A stretch of 34,142 nucleotides of DNA from Bugula neritina (Eukaryota > Animalia > Bryozoa). The stretch spans positions 1 through 34,142 of the forward strand of contig CAXIUT010000269.1 of the NCBI GenBank assembly GCA_964035545.1, read 5' to 3'. Under the pieces are notes generated by a model, which was not told the origin of the DNA, did not search any database, and was given only the letters and a program-made list of their open reading frames with translations. Position numbers and translations under genes: made by a program. Shown here piece by piece: positions 12,207 through 24,054 of this stretch (positions are counted from its first letter, which is position 1; each line of letters starts with the position of its first letter).

Positions 12207-13833
12207 ATGGGCATCAAGGCGATTAAATCGTTAGAGAATAACCTTCAACCAGATCCTCTCTTTGAACTCCAAAACATGATCAAAATTAGACACGACCCAG
12301 TCACCAACTACTATCGCTTCATCAAAAAAGTCGGAGCCGGCACCTATGGAGAAGTATTCCTTGCAGAACACTAACAAACAGGCCATAAACGTGCTATCAA
12401 AAAAATAAACACCCTCAAATTCGCAAAAGCAAAAACCATGATTCTCAACTAAATTTCTCTTCTGAAAAGTCTGGTAAAATCAAAATAATAAAGGACCACC
12501 CGAACATCATCAAAGTGTACTAAGTTTTCGAAATGGGATAGTTCGAGTATATCGTCACTGAATATTGTGATGGAAAAGAACTCTTTGATGTTATTCTTGA
12601 CCGTCATTATATTCCTTAGTAAGAAGCTTGCTATATTGCTTATGATGTCGTTTCAGCTATTAGAGGAATGCATGCCAATCGAATAATGCACAGGTATCAA
12701 TCACTTAATCCAGAGATGTCAAGCCTTAAAATGTAATGTATGACTCCAAAACGAAAAGTTTGAAGATAATTGATTTTGGAAGTGGTGTCAAATTTGAAAC
12801 TCCATATTAAACTAGACCAAGAAAAAGAGTTGGCACTGTATTTATCTCTAACTCAGTCCTACTACATCGCACCAGAAGTCCTCATGAGAAACTATAACTA
12901 AAAATGTGACATCTGGTCTTTGGGCTGTCTTTTTTATGTACTTTTAGTAGGAGAACCGCCTTTTCCTGGAGTAGATGACTACAAAGTAATGGAATCTATT
13001 GCTCGAGGAGATCCTCTTAAATTTAGAAGTAATCTTTGGAAGAAAGTATCGTCTAAAGCTAAGACTCTTATCACCAAAATGCTCAATAGATAGATATGCA
13101 AACGTCCAACAGCTGCTCAAGTTATGGAAGATGCATGGTTTCAAGAAAAACTATTGAATAGAAAATTAGATCCCAATGAAAGTCGTAACATAGCTTACCA
13201 CCTCAAAAACATGAGAATGTACAAAGTAAATCATTTACTATTAAGGATATATAAGCTAATGCACTTCAAGAAGGCATGTTAATCTTTATTGTAAACTTCG
13301 TTCAAGATAAAAACGATTAAGCAGAAATGGCAAGATCGTTCAAAGCCCTTGATCTTAACGGAGATGGAGTAATCAGTTTATAAGAGCTACAAAAAGGATT
13401 AGGAAAGTATCTAGGAGTCGATGATCACAGAGCTCTAGGAGTAGCAAAACAAATCTTCAAGAAAGTGGATTTGAATAATTCAGGTGCAATCGATTTTTCA
13501 GGTATTTATCAAATTAAGATAGAATTTTTAATGTGTGCCTCTAACATCTAGTTGACAGTAACTGAAGACAATTTAGATATTGCTTTTGATTACATCGACG
13601 CTGTACTGCTGTAATAAAGTAGGATAAAAGTGGAAAGTTGAGCGTAGAAGAAATCAGAGATAAGTTGGGTAGTAATGTGACTGAAGAAGTCTATAATAAC
13701 CTTTTATAAGAATTTGACGTAAATAACGATGGATAAGTACCACTAGAATAACTAGATATCACGAGAAGAGTTTAAAATAATGATGCAAGTACTTGTTCGT
13801 AAAAATAAAAAATCTAAAGAGAAACTTTATTGA
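12207..13833 (+). CDS. CDPK: Calcium-dependent protein kinase (kinase + 4 EF-hands)
   Basis: GAGTYG, RAIK, HRDVKPEN, DFG, YYIAPE, DIWSLG. EF loops DLNGDGVISLEEL, DLNNSGAIDFSEF, DADKSGKLSVEEI, DVNNDGEISREEF. Seven 19-21 nt introns, N-terminal MG. Confidence 0.95.
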
Positions 13834-13997
13834 TAGAATTTTACCTACCACTCTTATCAGTTTATATTCATTATCTTATCAGTTTTATATCATGTCTATC
13901 TATGAAAATAATTGATAGACTAAAGAATATTGACAATAAATTTATCAACCAAAATGATTTCTAAGTAAAAGTATAATGATCGATGATACTAGAACAA

Positions 13998-15011
13998 TCA
14001 CTAGCTCTTGAAATAATTGTGCTTTAGAGCTTAGTTAGCAGTTATTCGATATTTTGGGTTCAATATCAACATCCTCTAAATCAAATCAAATTTACACTCA
14101 GCAAGTTCTTTCCTTAGTTGTCCAAATAACTGAAAAATAACTTCTCCTTGAACATCTCCCCACTCCAATTACTCTACTCCTAGTTTTCTTCAACCATCCC
14201 TTAGTTACTTGACTTCTTGTAATATTCTGGCCATTCATCTTTTTTGGGACTACCCATCAAAATCAAAATTTTGTTCATCTGATCAACCTCATTTTTGCCT
14301 TCAAAAATAGGCTAGCCAAAAATAAGTTCACCAAAAATGCACCCAATCGACCAAATATCAACTGGAGGACCATATTCTTTAAAACCTTTCAAGATTTATG
14401 GCGCTCTATACCAAAGAGTCACTACTTCTTCAGACAAAGGACGAATAGGATATGTAATAGGCCTCGCAAGTCCAAAATCTGCCAACTTGATAGTCCCTAA
14501 GTCAATAAAAAGTTACCTTCCTTGGAGAGAAGAATATTTCCAGGTTTTATGTCTCTGTGAATGACTCTCCTCGCGTGGCAGAGCTGAACCGCTTTGAGAA
14601 TTTGTTGGATAAAAGATTTAACATGTTGCATAGGAATGTTGTTTTTATTGTAGGTGTTGAGATAGTTTCTAAGATCCATTTCCAATAACTAGAACACCAG
14701 GAACAAGTATGGCAACTGGAAAATAACATCTTTGAGTCTACGTTATTTGATTAATTACTTCACAATATTTTTGTGCTGCATCTCTTTGAGAATAGAGATT
14801 TCTCTAAGAGCAGTAGCAGGAATTCCTTCAACTTATAGATGGAGTTGTGATTGCTTAATGGCCACTCTTTCTTAAGTTTGATTGTGCTTGCATTCATAGA
14901 CGATGCCAAAAGTTCCCTTTCCTACATTCAAATTGAGTTACCTCTGACTCTAAGCACCTCATAGTGATGACAAATCACTGTTCCAATCTAAAGCTAAGCA
15001 ATTGATTCCAT
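13998..15011 (-). CDS. Cyclin-dependent kinase (PATALRE variant)
   Basis: [59 protein letters not shown]. Four 20-21 nt introns. Confidence 0.95.
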
Positions 15012-15251
15012 TTCAAGCTACAAAAAATCAATATATCAACTAACACTCCAAATGATTTAAATCACGATATACCACTAGTTTAAGCTACTATAAAACAAAG
15101 ACCCCTTTGAATGATCTGACTGTTTTTATCTAAACTAGCTTGTTTAAGTCTTTTTTAAGAATAGGCACTCTTGATTGCAGTTATGGTGATTCAAATTTGC
15201 CTATAATGATGAATTTGATTGATTAATATTGGAGTATACTCTTTAAATTAA

Positions 15252-16447
15252 ATGGATTCATTTATGAAATCGCCGGTCGTCATCGACAACGTAACAACAT
15301 CACTATTCAGGGCAGCGGACTCATGAAAGTAGGCTTCAGTGGATAAGAAAAGCGTCCTTTCATTTTTCCTTCCATGCAAATCATCTATTATTCAGAGTCG
15401 GAAGACCTAAATATCAAGTTGTCATACCCAATACCGCTAACCAACTCGAAACATATATCGGAGACGAAATAGCAAGTAATAAAAGAGGACTTTATAAACT
15501 CAAGTATCCTCTCTCTCACGGAGTCATCGAAAACTGGGACGATATGGAAAGCCTTTGGAGGCATGCTTTCAATCTCTTAAAGATATCACCCGATTAATGT
15601 CCAGTCCTTCTCACAGAAGCAAATATGAATCCTACTAAACACAAAAGAAAAATGCTTTAAATCTTTTTTGAAAAATTTAATGTTCCAGCAGTTTACGTGG
15701 CTGTCCAAGGAGTTCTTTCTCTGTATCTTTTTCTTAACAAAGTTTTGCAACAGGAAAATCTACTGGTATCGTCTTAGATTCTGGTGATGGAGTTACTCAT
15801 GTTATACCAGTTTATGAAGGCTACTCTTTGGCCCATAGTTGTGAAAGAATGGATTTAGCAGGTCGAGATGTCACTTCTCATCTTCAAAATTTACTAAGAA
15901 AAAGTGGAGTAAACTTAACTACAAGTGCATAATTTTAGCTTGTTCGATCTATAAAAGAAAAATACTGTGCTATTAGTCTAAGTCCTTTAGAAAAAGCAAG
16001 ATAAAAAAAAGATAAATATACTCTACCTGATGGTCAGGTAGTTTAATTCAGTAACAATGAAAAAGAAGCTGGATAAATCATGTTTTCTCCTGATAAAATA
16101 GGTCTCTAAAATCCCTGTAACTATAATTTAACTCAGCTGTTATCCAACTTCTACAAAACAGTTTGGCTAAAGTAGATATTGACCTAAGAATGACTCTTTA
16201 CAACTAAATTGTTCTTAGCGGAGGCAACACTTTACTCTAAGGTTTTCCTGATAGATTTGTAAAGGAACTTAAAAGATTACTTCCCAACTAGGTAAAAACA
16301 AGAGTATTAGCACCAGGCAAAAGAGATACAATGTGTTGGTAAGGAGGATCTATTTTGGCAAGTTTGCCATCATTTAAACATGTCTGGATTAGCCGTAAAG
16401 AGTACAACGAACAAAAAGAACAGGTTTTCGCAAAAAGAGCGTTCTGA
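15252..16447 (+). CDS. ARP1: Actin-related protein, Arp1/centractin-like
   Basis: [89 protein letters not shown] and C-terminal KRAF favour Arp1 over conventional actin. Four 20-nt introns. Confidence 0.85.
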
Positions 16448-16535
16448 CCTGATGTTTATGCCTATCACCAGTCCAAACATAATAATATAAAATATTAATA
16501 TTAAGATGACTAATATCATAACAAATAACTTATAA

Positions 16536-17611
16536 TCAATTCTATCTAACATCATCGAAGTAAGGATGACCCATACATTACATAGCAGTTGGTCTGAGAT
16601 CCTAAATAAAAATAAAGCTACATGATCATATTGCATCATTTTCGATAATAGATCCAAAGCATCAGCAGAGGCTAGATGTCTGTTGTTCTAATTGATAAAA
16701 GAAGATAGTTTTTTTGATTTATGATCTCCTAAAATACGCTATAAAGCCATCTACAACTTGATGTTATATTTATTCAAATATAAATACAATTCCTCAGTTC
16801 CAAGACATTTAGTTATCTGCTCCAATTGATCATAGTTATCAGTTCCCTTGAAAAAAGGCTATTTGTTAAAAATCATTCCAGCCATCATGACTCCCAAAGA
16901 CCAAATATCCAAAGAATAGTGATAGAACTCATAACTCACCAATAACTCAGGACCCTTGAAATATCTAGAACTAACCCTCACGTTATAATCTTTCTCTGGA
17001 AGATAGAACTCTCCCAATCCCCAATCTATTATCCTCAACTACATATCATGACATTTACTTTTTTTCGTTAATGATCAATAATAACATTTTGAGGCTTGAT
17101 ATCTCTGTGCATAATTCCAATAGAATGCGCATAATGCAGTCCTTTTAGCACTTGATACAGATAATATTTGCAATCTCTCGGTGTAATTATTTACAACAAT
17201 TTACGATATTCTATTGGAGCGACATGTTCCATCACCAAACAATACACCTCACCTTCTTTCACTATATCTAGCAGTTTAATAGCGTTATGTTTGCCATTTA
17301 GTGCCATCAATATTTTGATCTATCTGTTTACTTTTCTGAACTTAACTGCATTAAATACTATATACTGGGCTTTAACATCTTTACTACACATTTTTATGAG
17401 TTGTTAAGATTGACCGATTCGAATACTTCAGAATATTTCCCCCTTCCGATTTTTCTTTCACAAGCGTAGATACTGGCATCGCTGTTTTCCATCAAATGTA
17501 CCCAGGAATAACGTTGATATTGTTTTCATAATCATAGTAAAGAGAACCTTTTCTTAATGCCTATTCAGCAAAACTTTTAGGACGCTTCTTTATCACTTTG
17601 TCGTACTACAT
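16536..17611 (-). CDS. CSNK2A: Casein kinase II catalytic (alpha) subunit
   Basis: [76 protein letters not shown]. Four 20-nt introns. Confidence 0.95.
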
Positions 17612-17749
17612 TCAAATATTATTATCATCTATCAATCATCATCAACAATTATCAACTACCAACTATCAAAAGTTATCTTCTTATGATTACTAACTAAAAC
17701 TTGAACTCATTTATAAAGAAACAAAGTTATAATATTTAAGTTACATTCA

Positions 17750-17970
17750 ATGAGCCAGGTAGATTTAGATCTATTTAGTCAGCCAAAAACAGTCTATAGA
17801 CTCTACCTATTCGATCCTACCTCGATGAAACAGTAGTACCTTTGGTCTTAGAAGCTCTCTCATCTCTCGCCCAATAAAAAGATAAACCTCAAAACCCAAT
17901 CGATTACATCGCAGAATACCTACTAAAACATAATCCAGAAGATAAACTCGCCAATCAATAACGCAAATGA
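17750..17970 (+). CDS. DPY30: Dpy-30 motif protein (66 aa)
   Basis: After removing intron 17759-17778: LPIRSYLDETVVPLVLEALSSLAQEKDKPQNPIDYIAEYLLKHN. Confidence 0.9.
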
Positions 17971-18198
17971 TCTCATTATCATATTTCAACTTAATCATCT
18001 TCTTGTGTAAGCCATCACTTGATCTATCAATTGACAAAAATTACTATTTACAGAAGGATTTTATCAATTTTACTTAGCAGTCCTTTTTCAAAAAAATAAA
18101 TGTAAAAAAGATAGCTATTGAATGGATGATATATTTATTGAGTTTAGTTTATTGAATCGAAGTCAGATAGTGGTTGTATAGAAATTAACATCATTCAT

Positions 18199-19987
18199 AT
18201 GCCTAAGTCAGTGGACATTTATGTTCTTGAATCAAAGATAGGTTCAGGACAGTTTGGATAAGTCTTCAGAGGCTATAGTAAAGTAGATGGACAAGACGTT
18301 GCCGTCAAAAGTATGAGAAGAGATAAAATCAAAGGTAATCCATCTCATATTTAGGAAAGTTCACCTAACTACTAGAAAATTAAATACAAGTACTCCGCAG
18401 CTGCAAAAACAATAACATAGTCAGACTCATAGATATCAAAAAGACTGCCAACAATATCTACCTCATCCTCGAATATTGCAACGAAGGCGATCTCCATGCT
18501 GCTTTAAAAAGTCGCAAAAAGTTTCCAGAAGAAGAATCATTAGAGTGTTTTGTACAAATTCTTCATGCTTTCCAAACCTTGGTCAAAAGCAAAATCATGC
18601 ATAGAGACTTCAAACTGGCTAACGTCCTTAAAAAAGATGGAGTTATCAAAATTGGAGACTTTGGATTTGCAAAACTATTGGGTTCATAAGATTAAATCGC
18701 TTAAACTATCTTAGGATCACCTCTGAACATGGCCCCCTAAATTCTAGACCATAAACCCTACAATAGCAAAGCTGATATCTGGTCAATAGGAGTAGCATTC
18801 TACGAACTCCTCTTTGGAAAGTACATATTTATCCATTCAGAGTTCCATATTCTGCTTCTAATATCATTGATCTTCTCAAAAAAATCAAGAAAGAACCAGT
18901 TAGTTTTCCTCTAAAAGTTCATCCTCACATCTAGGATGTTATCCGTAAAATGCTTATAGTAGATCCAGTTAAAAGAATAGATTGGAATGATCTCTTTCGG
19001 CATCCAGTTACTAGACTGCTTGAAGATAACATTGAACATAATTTAAAATTGAGTTTTTTATGTAAAAAGGAAGAATTACCATTGAATATGTCTAAATTTT
19101 ATATTAAAACAAATAAAGTTATAGAAAATGTTCATGATATTTCTACTAAAAAGGATCTAAATCAATATGTTAAAGAAGTTATGCAACAAAAATAAAAAAC
19201 ACCTTATCAAGGCACCTATATTCGAAGAATTTCATAAAGACAAAATAAATAAAATATCTAAAATATCAAATATCTACCCACAAAAACATAAAAATAAATC
19301 AGAGAAGAATAATCTGATCCAAGAGCTGAACAAAAACTATTATAAATGGCTAAAATATAAAGATTAAGAAAAAATTGTGCTATTATTTTACATTAAAGAA
19401 ATGTATATGCCTTCTTAGGACATCTAGCTGAAGATCTTATCTAAACACACTATAATACATACTACCAATGTCTCTCTTTCCTTCTTGTCAAAAAAGCCAT
19501 CACAATCCTTGGAACTCTCACTCAGTCGATCAATAAAAGATCACTTAAAGGAGTTAAAGAATGGCAAGAACTTTAAAACGATAATGAATTTAGATAAATT
19601 TGTGCGTTTATCAGTTCAGAATAAGAAATCTTTGGCAGATTTTATTAAAAATTGTCTTTAAAAGTATTAGAAGAGGGCACTCTATCAACTTTTTAGGAAG
19701 ATCTCATGCTTTCAGGTAAATTCACAAGAGAAGAAACCAATAATCGTATTTTCTAAAGAGTTCTCAAAGAGTATTTAATAAGAGTTATGGGAAACAACAA
19801 GATTTTGAAATTTGATCAAGCCAGTCACGTCCTCAAGCTCCTTGATTCTCTGAGAATATAGACCAAATTTTCACAATAAGATTTCGATTTTACTGGCTAT
19901 TATCAACAATATGGATAAACTGAGGAAAAGGCCCTCTGTTAAAACGCAGTAGTCAAAGTGCAACAATATCTAATGATCTCTCCTTGA
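18199..19987 (+). CDS. Ser/Thr protein kinase, ULK/Atg1-like, with long helical C-terminus
   Basis: GSGQFG, VAVK, LENEIQVL, IYLILEYCNEGDL, HRDFKLAN, GDFGFAK, LGSPLNMAPE, ADIWSIG. Introns 18335-18354 and 18821-18840. Subfamily is an inference. Confidence 0.9.
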
Positions 19988-20087
19988 TATCTTTTAACTT
20001 ATGTTTAATAATTATATTTATTTATAAAAAATTAGTTCTGATAACTTCTTCAATTATGAATAAAAGAAATGGTTATTTATGACTCAA

Positions 20088-21875
20088 TCATTGACACATA
20101 GTACAACGACTACATTTAGGATTCTTTTTCTTGATATCTTTCAATAAATCTTAAAGAACAAAGGAAGGATCTTTTATTGAACTAGCATTTGGCATAACTC
20201 CATTCCTCATCGCTTCATTTATCACCTGAATTTTATTCATAGTTCCCATAGAAGCAGCTCCTAAGACCTTATCATCACTCTTTCTGATGTAATAAGCAAC
20301 AAATTCCATCTTGGAAAGATCTCCAGTAATATGTAAATCGTCCCATCCTTTAGTAACACCTGTAAAAGCCAAAGAGTTGTTAAATTGTCTAGTCCAAAAG
20401 AAAGGAATATTATCCACTGGGAATTTCTTACCATTCATATTCATGCCTGCAACCGATCCCTGATAGATAGCTTCATTATAGTGTTCAATTCTAGTTGACT
20501 ATCCAGTATACCAGAAAGGATAACTAGCAATATCTCCAGCTGCAAAGACATCTTTTTGGTTAGTCTCCAAGAAAACGTTAGTTTTTAATCCTCCCTGTTC
20601 TCTATCAAGTCCATTAGCAAATTCAAGGACTGGCTCAACACCTGTAGCCACAATTAATACATCTGTAGGAACATTGCCTCCTTCAAGAGCTACGTTTTAT
20701 ACCTTTCCATCTCCATCAATTTGTCTAATTTTGACATTTGTCTTTACATTTACTCCATTCTTTTAGGATAATTTTTGTAAAACTGATCCTACCTTTTCAC
20801 CAAGAACATGACCCAAAGGAATCTTTTGCCCTTCTAACACAGTAACATTCAGATCTTTTAGTCCAAGTCGAATCGACGAAGCCAATTACATACCAATAAA
20901 TCCAGCACCAATGATAGTAACATTCTTTACTCCTGGAGCTCTAAGAGCAGCATTGATATCCTGATAATCCTTCTTATTTCTAAGACTAAAGTATGGAACC
21001 TGATTAAGTCCCTTGATAGGAGGAATTCTATTTCTCATTCCAGAAGCTATCAACAACTTATCATAAGGCAAAGAATCCTTACCCTAGATATTAACACTTT
21101 TATTTTAATAGTTGATTCCAGTAACAGTAGCTTCCTTTACCACTACGATTCCATTATTATCGAGAGATTATTGGTTACGAATGGCTGAAGGTGGATAGTT
21201 AGGATCAAGATATTTACTCAAAAGAGTTCTATCATATGGTAAATCTGCTTATTTGGTAACCAAATATATATAACCTTTATATCCTGTTTTTCTGAGAGTA
21301 TCAGCAGCAGATAGACCTGCACTTCCTGCTCCAATAATAACTATTTTCTGATCTTTGTTTACATTATCAGCTCCGATCTATTTATACTAAGGACCTGAAC
21401 TCCATGAAGTTTTAGGAAGAATAACTCGTATTTTGCCATCAATTCTTTCAACTTTAAATGATTTTAGTCCTCCAAAAACAGGACCTTGCTCTTCCTGTCC
21501 ATCTCTAATCGAAAAAGCAGCATTATGAAGCGGACATATTAATTTATCTCCAACCAATAGGCCTTTAGCCAAGTTGAAACCAAAATGAGCACATTTACTT
21601 TGCACAGAGAAGATGCTTCCTTGATAATTGATAACTAGAATAGTATCTTCAGGTTTAGGTCCAACAAGCAATTCTCTGACTTCTCCTTCTTGAAGATCAT
21701 CACTAGTTTAGATAATTTGCATTTCCTATCCAAATACTTTAGATGATGTGAACCAAGCAGAAAGGGAAAGACCTAGTGTGGCCAATCCTGCCTTTACCAT
21801 GTGAGGTCGAGATGTGAAGAGAGGCGAACGATTGATTCTAGTCAATGATTGTAGGAATAGTTTTCCAACCTTCAT
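20088..21875 (-). CDS. AIFM3: AIFM3-like Rieske [2Fe-2S] + FAD/NAD oxidoreductase (595 aa)
   Basis: Rieske CAH...CPLH, GAGSAG, LPYDRTLLSK, YDKLLIASG, GAGFIGME, VFAAGDIA, RIEH, IPFFWT. Basic Ser-rich N-terminus resembles a mitochondrial presequence. Intronless under TAR=Glu. Confidence 0.9.
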
Positions 21876-22035
21876 TTTATGATATATCTTTATCTACTTT
21901 CACAAATATTCCTGATTCAACTTATAACTCACCATTTTCTTAAAATCAGATAAATCTAATAAATAATATAACATTAACTAAATAACAATAATAGCTCTAA
22001 AATGTGATTATTAATCATTTCAAGGATTATTCTTA

Positions 22036-23075
22036 TCATTAGCATTACTGATTGGTATTTTTTATGGCGAAGCAGGAGGTGGATTCTCTTCAACTGAATG
22101 CTGCTGCTGAGTAACATTCATCTTCTATTGCTTCTTGCTCATCAAAGATGATGACTGATATCTTTTTCTTTGAGCACCCACCAATTGTGACACAATTTCA
22201 ATCTAACCCCTTAATTTTAGTATATTACCCTCAGTTTATTGTATTACTGTTTATTGCCTGTTCAAATTATTTACTATATTTTATAGTTCTTTCAACTTCA
22301 TAAGATAGTTTCGCTTGTAGACATGCTAGTACTTGCCAATGGCTTCTTTCTGTTTTTTTAACTCTTAATATCTTTAAAAATGGATTTCTTCAGCAATGTA
22401 GTTCTCCTGCTTTGAAAACTGCTACATACGCAAATCTACAGCTTTCTGCAATTATGCTCCCTTCTCCTTAAACCTCTAATTCTTACTATTTATGGTCTTC
22501 AAATGCTATTCATATTTTTTATTTTTCTTAAACTCTGTTCCCAACTTTTGCTCCTCAATCATCAATCGATCAAGCATTGAAGTATTATTAACCAAATCTC
22601 TTCCCTGCAATTCTGCATTCCTCTTGAGTTATCGATTATTTTTTATGACACTTTTTATTTTAGCCTGTAGCTGCTGTCCTTCAATATTTAAATCATCCAA
22701 AAAGTTAGGCTTAGATGATAATAACTTAATACGTTCTTCATGTCTTGCCAACTAATTGTTATAAGTATTCATTCTAGTTTCATTTGCTTTTTTTTCATCT
22801 TCAAGCAAAATCAAAGTCCCTTCCTGATCTTTTGATGTCTTGTTCTTTTAATTTTTACCCAAATTACTAAAAGCTTTCTTTTCCATATGGAAAAGCACCT
22901 CTTAGTTAAGCTATTTAAGACAGGCTCTTAATTTTTAATATTCTTTCCAAATTTGTCCTTCATTCAGCTCACTATAGTTGGCCAACTTGGTCATATGTTC
23001 ATAACGTTGTGTGTAGCTAAGTTGCGGATTGGCTATCGTAGGTAAAGAACCTCTTGATCCTCCTCGAACACTCAT
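22036..23075 (-). CDS. Hypothetical coiled-coil protein
   Basis: MSVRGGSRGSLPTI... followed by a long E/K/L-rich frame, a probable intron at ~22210-22228 and TGA 22038-22036. The 3' frame may contain an indel. Confidence 0.65.
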
Positions 23076-23188
23076 TACTTTATTTATATTTAAAGAAACT
23101 AAAGCAAGTTGCAAAAAGGAATAAAAAGAATCTTAATTATCAATCTATTTTGAAATATTGCTAAGAAAAAAATATATTTGATAATAAT

Positions 23189-23985
23189 ATGGGAGGTAGC
23201 GAATAAAGTAGAATAGAAGCAGGTCGAAGGCACTCACCAGAATATCTATCAAACAAAATAAAATAAAATCTCTCTTAGGAAGGACGACTTAAACTCTCAC
23301 ATCAAGCTAACATCTGGGAAATTTGTCAACATCTAGCTCTCAACTACTCCTAATGGCAAATCAAAGAAATCTACCTCGGTATATCGCCATCCATCAAGCA
23401 AATGATATGATTGCAGGAGAAGTAATATAAGAAATATCAAAAATCAATTTCTAAAAAGCAAAAACTCCTCTCAAAGTACTAGCTCTCAGTATTGATAAAA
23501 TAAAACAGATCATAACGATATTCAATGCGATAATTTGAAATATTTCAGAGGAGCATACTTCAATACCCTTCTCATGCTCTATCTAGGTACTTACTTTATA
23601 ATCTAGGTACTCCCATAGTTACATAGGTATCATTCTTACAAGTAGACCACAATAAAATAGCCAGCGATGGATGTTACTATATAAGCAAAACGGCTCTTAA
23701 ACGTCTGCAAACCCTTGACCTCTCTCACAACCTTATCAAAGATAATGCAGCTGCTCATCTTGCCAATAGTAACCTTCCATCTCTGCTTAATTTGATTATC
23801 TGTAGATTTTTACCAATTTAGCTAATAATCAGATGAGTTTTAAAGGAATTCGATAGTTTTCAAATGCTCAATGGCCTTCATTAGCTTTTCTTCAAGCTAA
23901 AGATAACTAATTCTAACCTACCAAATAAATGGAAAAGTTGGAATTTAGAACAGATATGAAAATGTTCAGACTCGAACTACAGTGA
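23189..23985 (+). CDS. Leucine-rich repeat protein (26-aa repeats), possibly N-myristoylated
   Basis: MGGS start. Repeats LKVLALNHNDI, LLMLYLDHNKI, LQTLDLSHNLI, LLNLIISNNQM. Phase-1 introns at the same repeat position: 23379-23398, 23489-23508, 23587-23645, 23802-23821. Confidence 0.88.
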
Positions 23986-24054
23986 TTTATATTCAACTAA
24001 AAAGAAATTACAAAAGTCAAATAAAAAGAAAATTTAATAATAAATTTTATCCTA

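Noticed and set aside
12207-19987. Four protein kinases within 8 kb as a functional cluster
   Set aside because: They belong to unrelated families on mixed strands, and ciliate genomes are kinase-rich.
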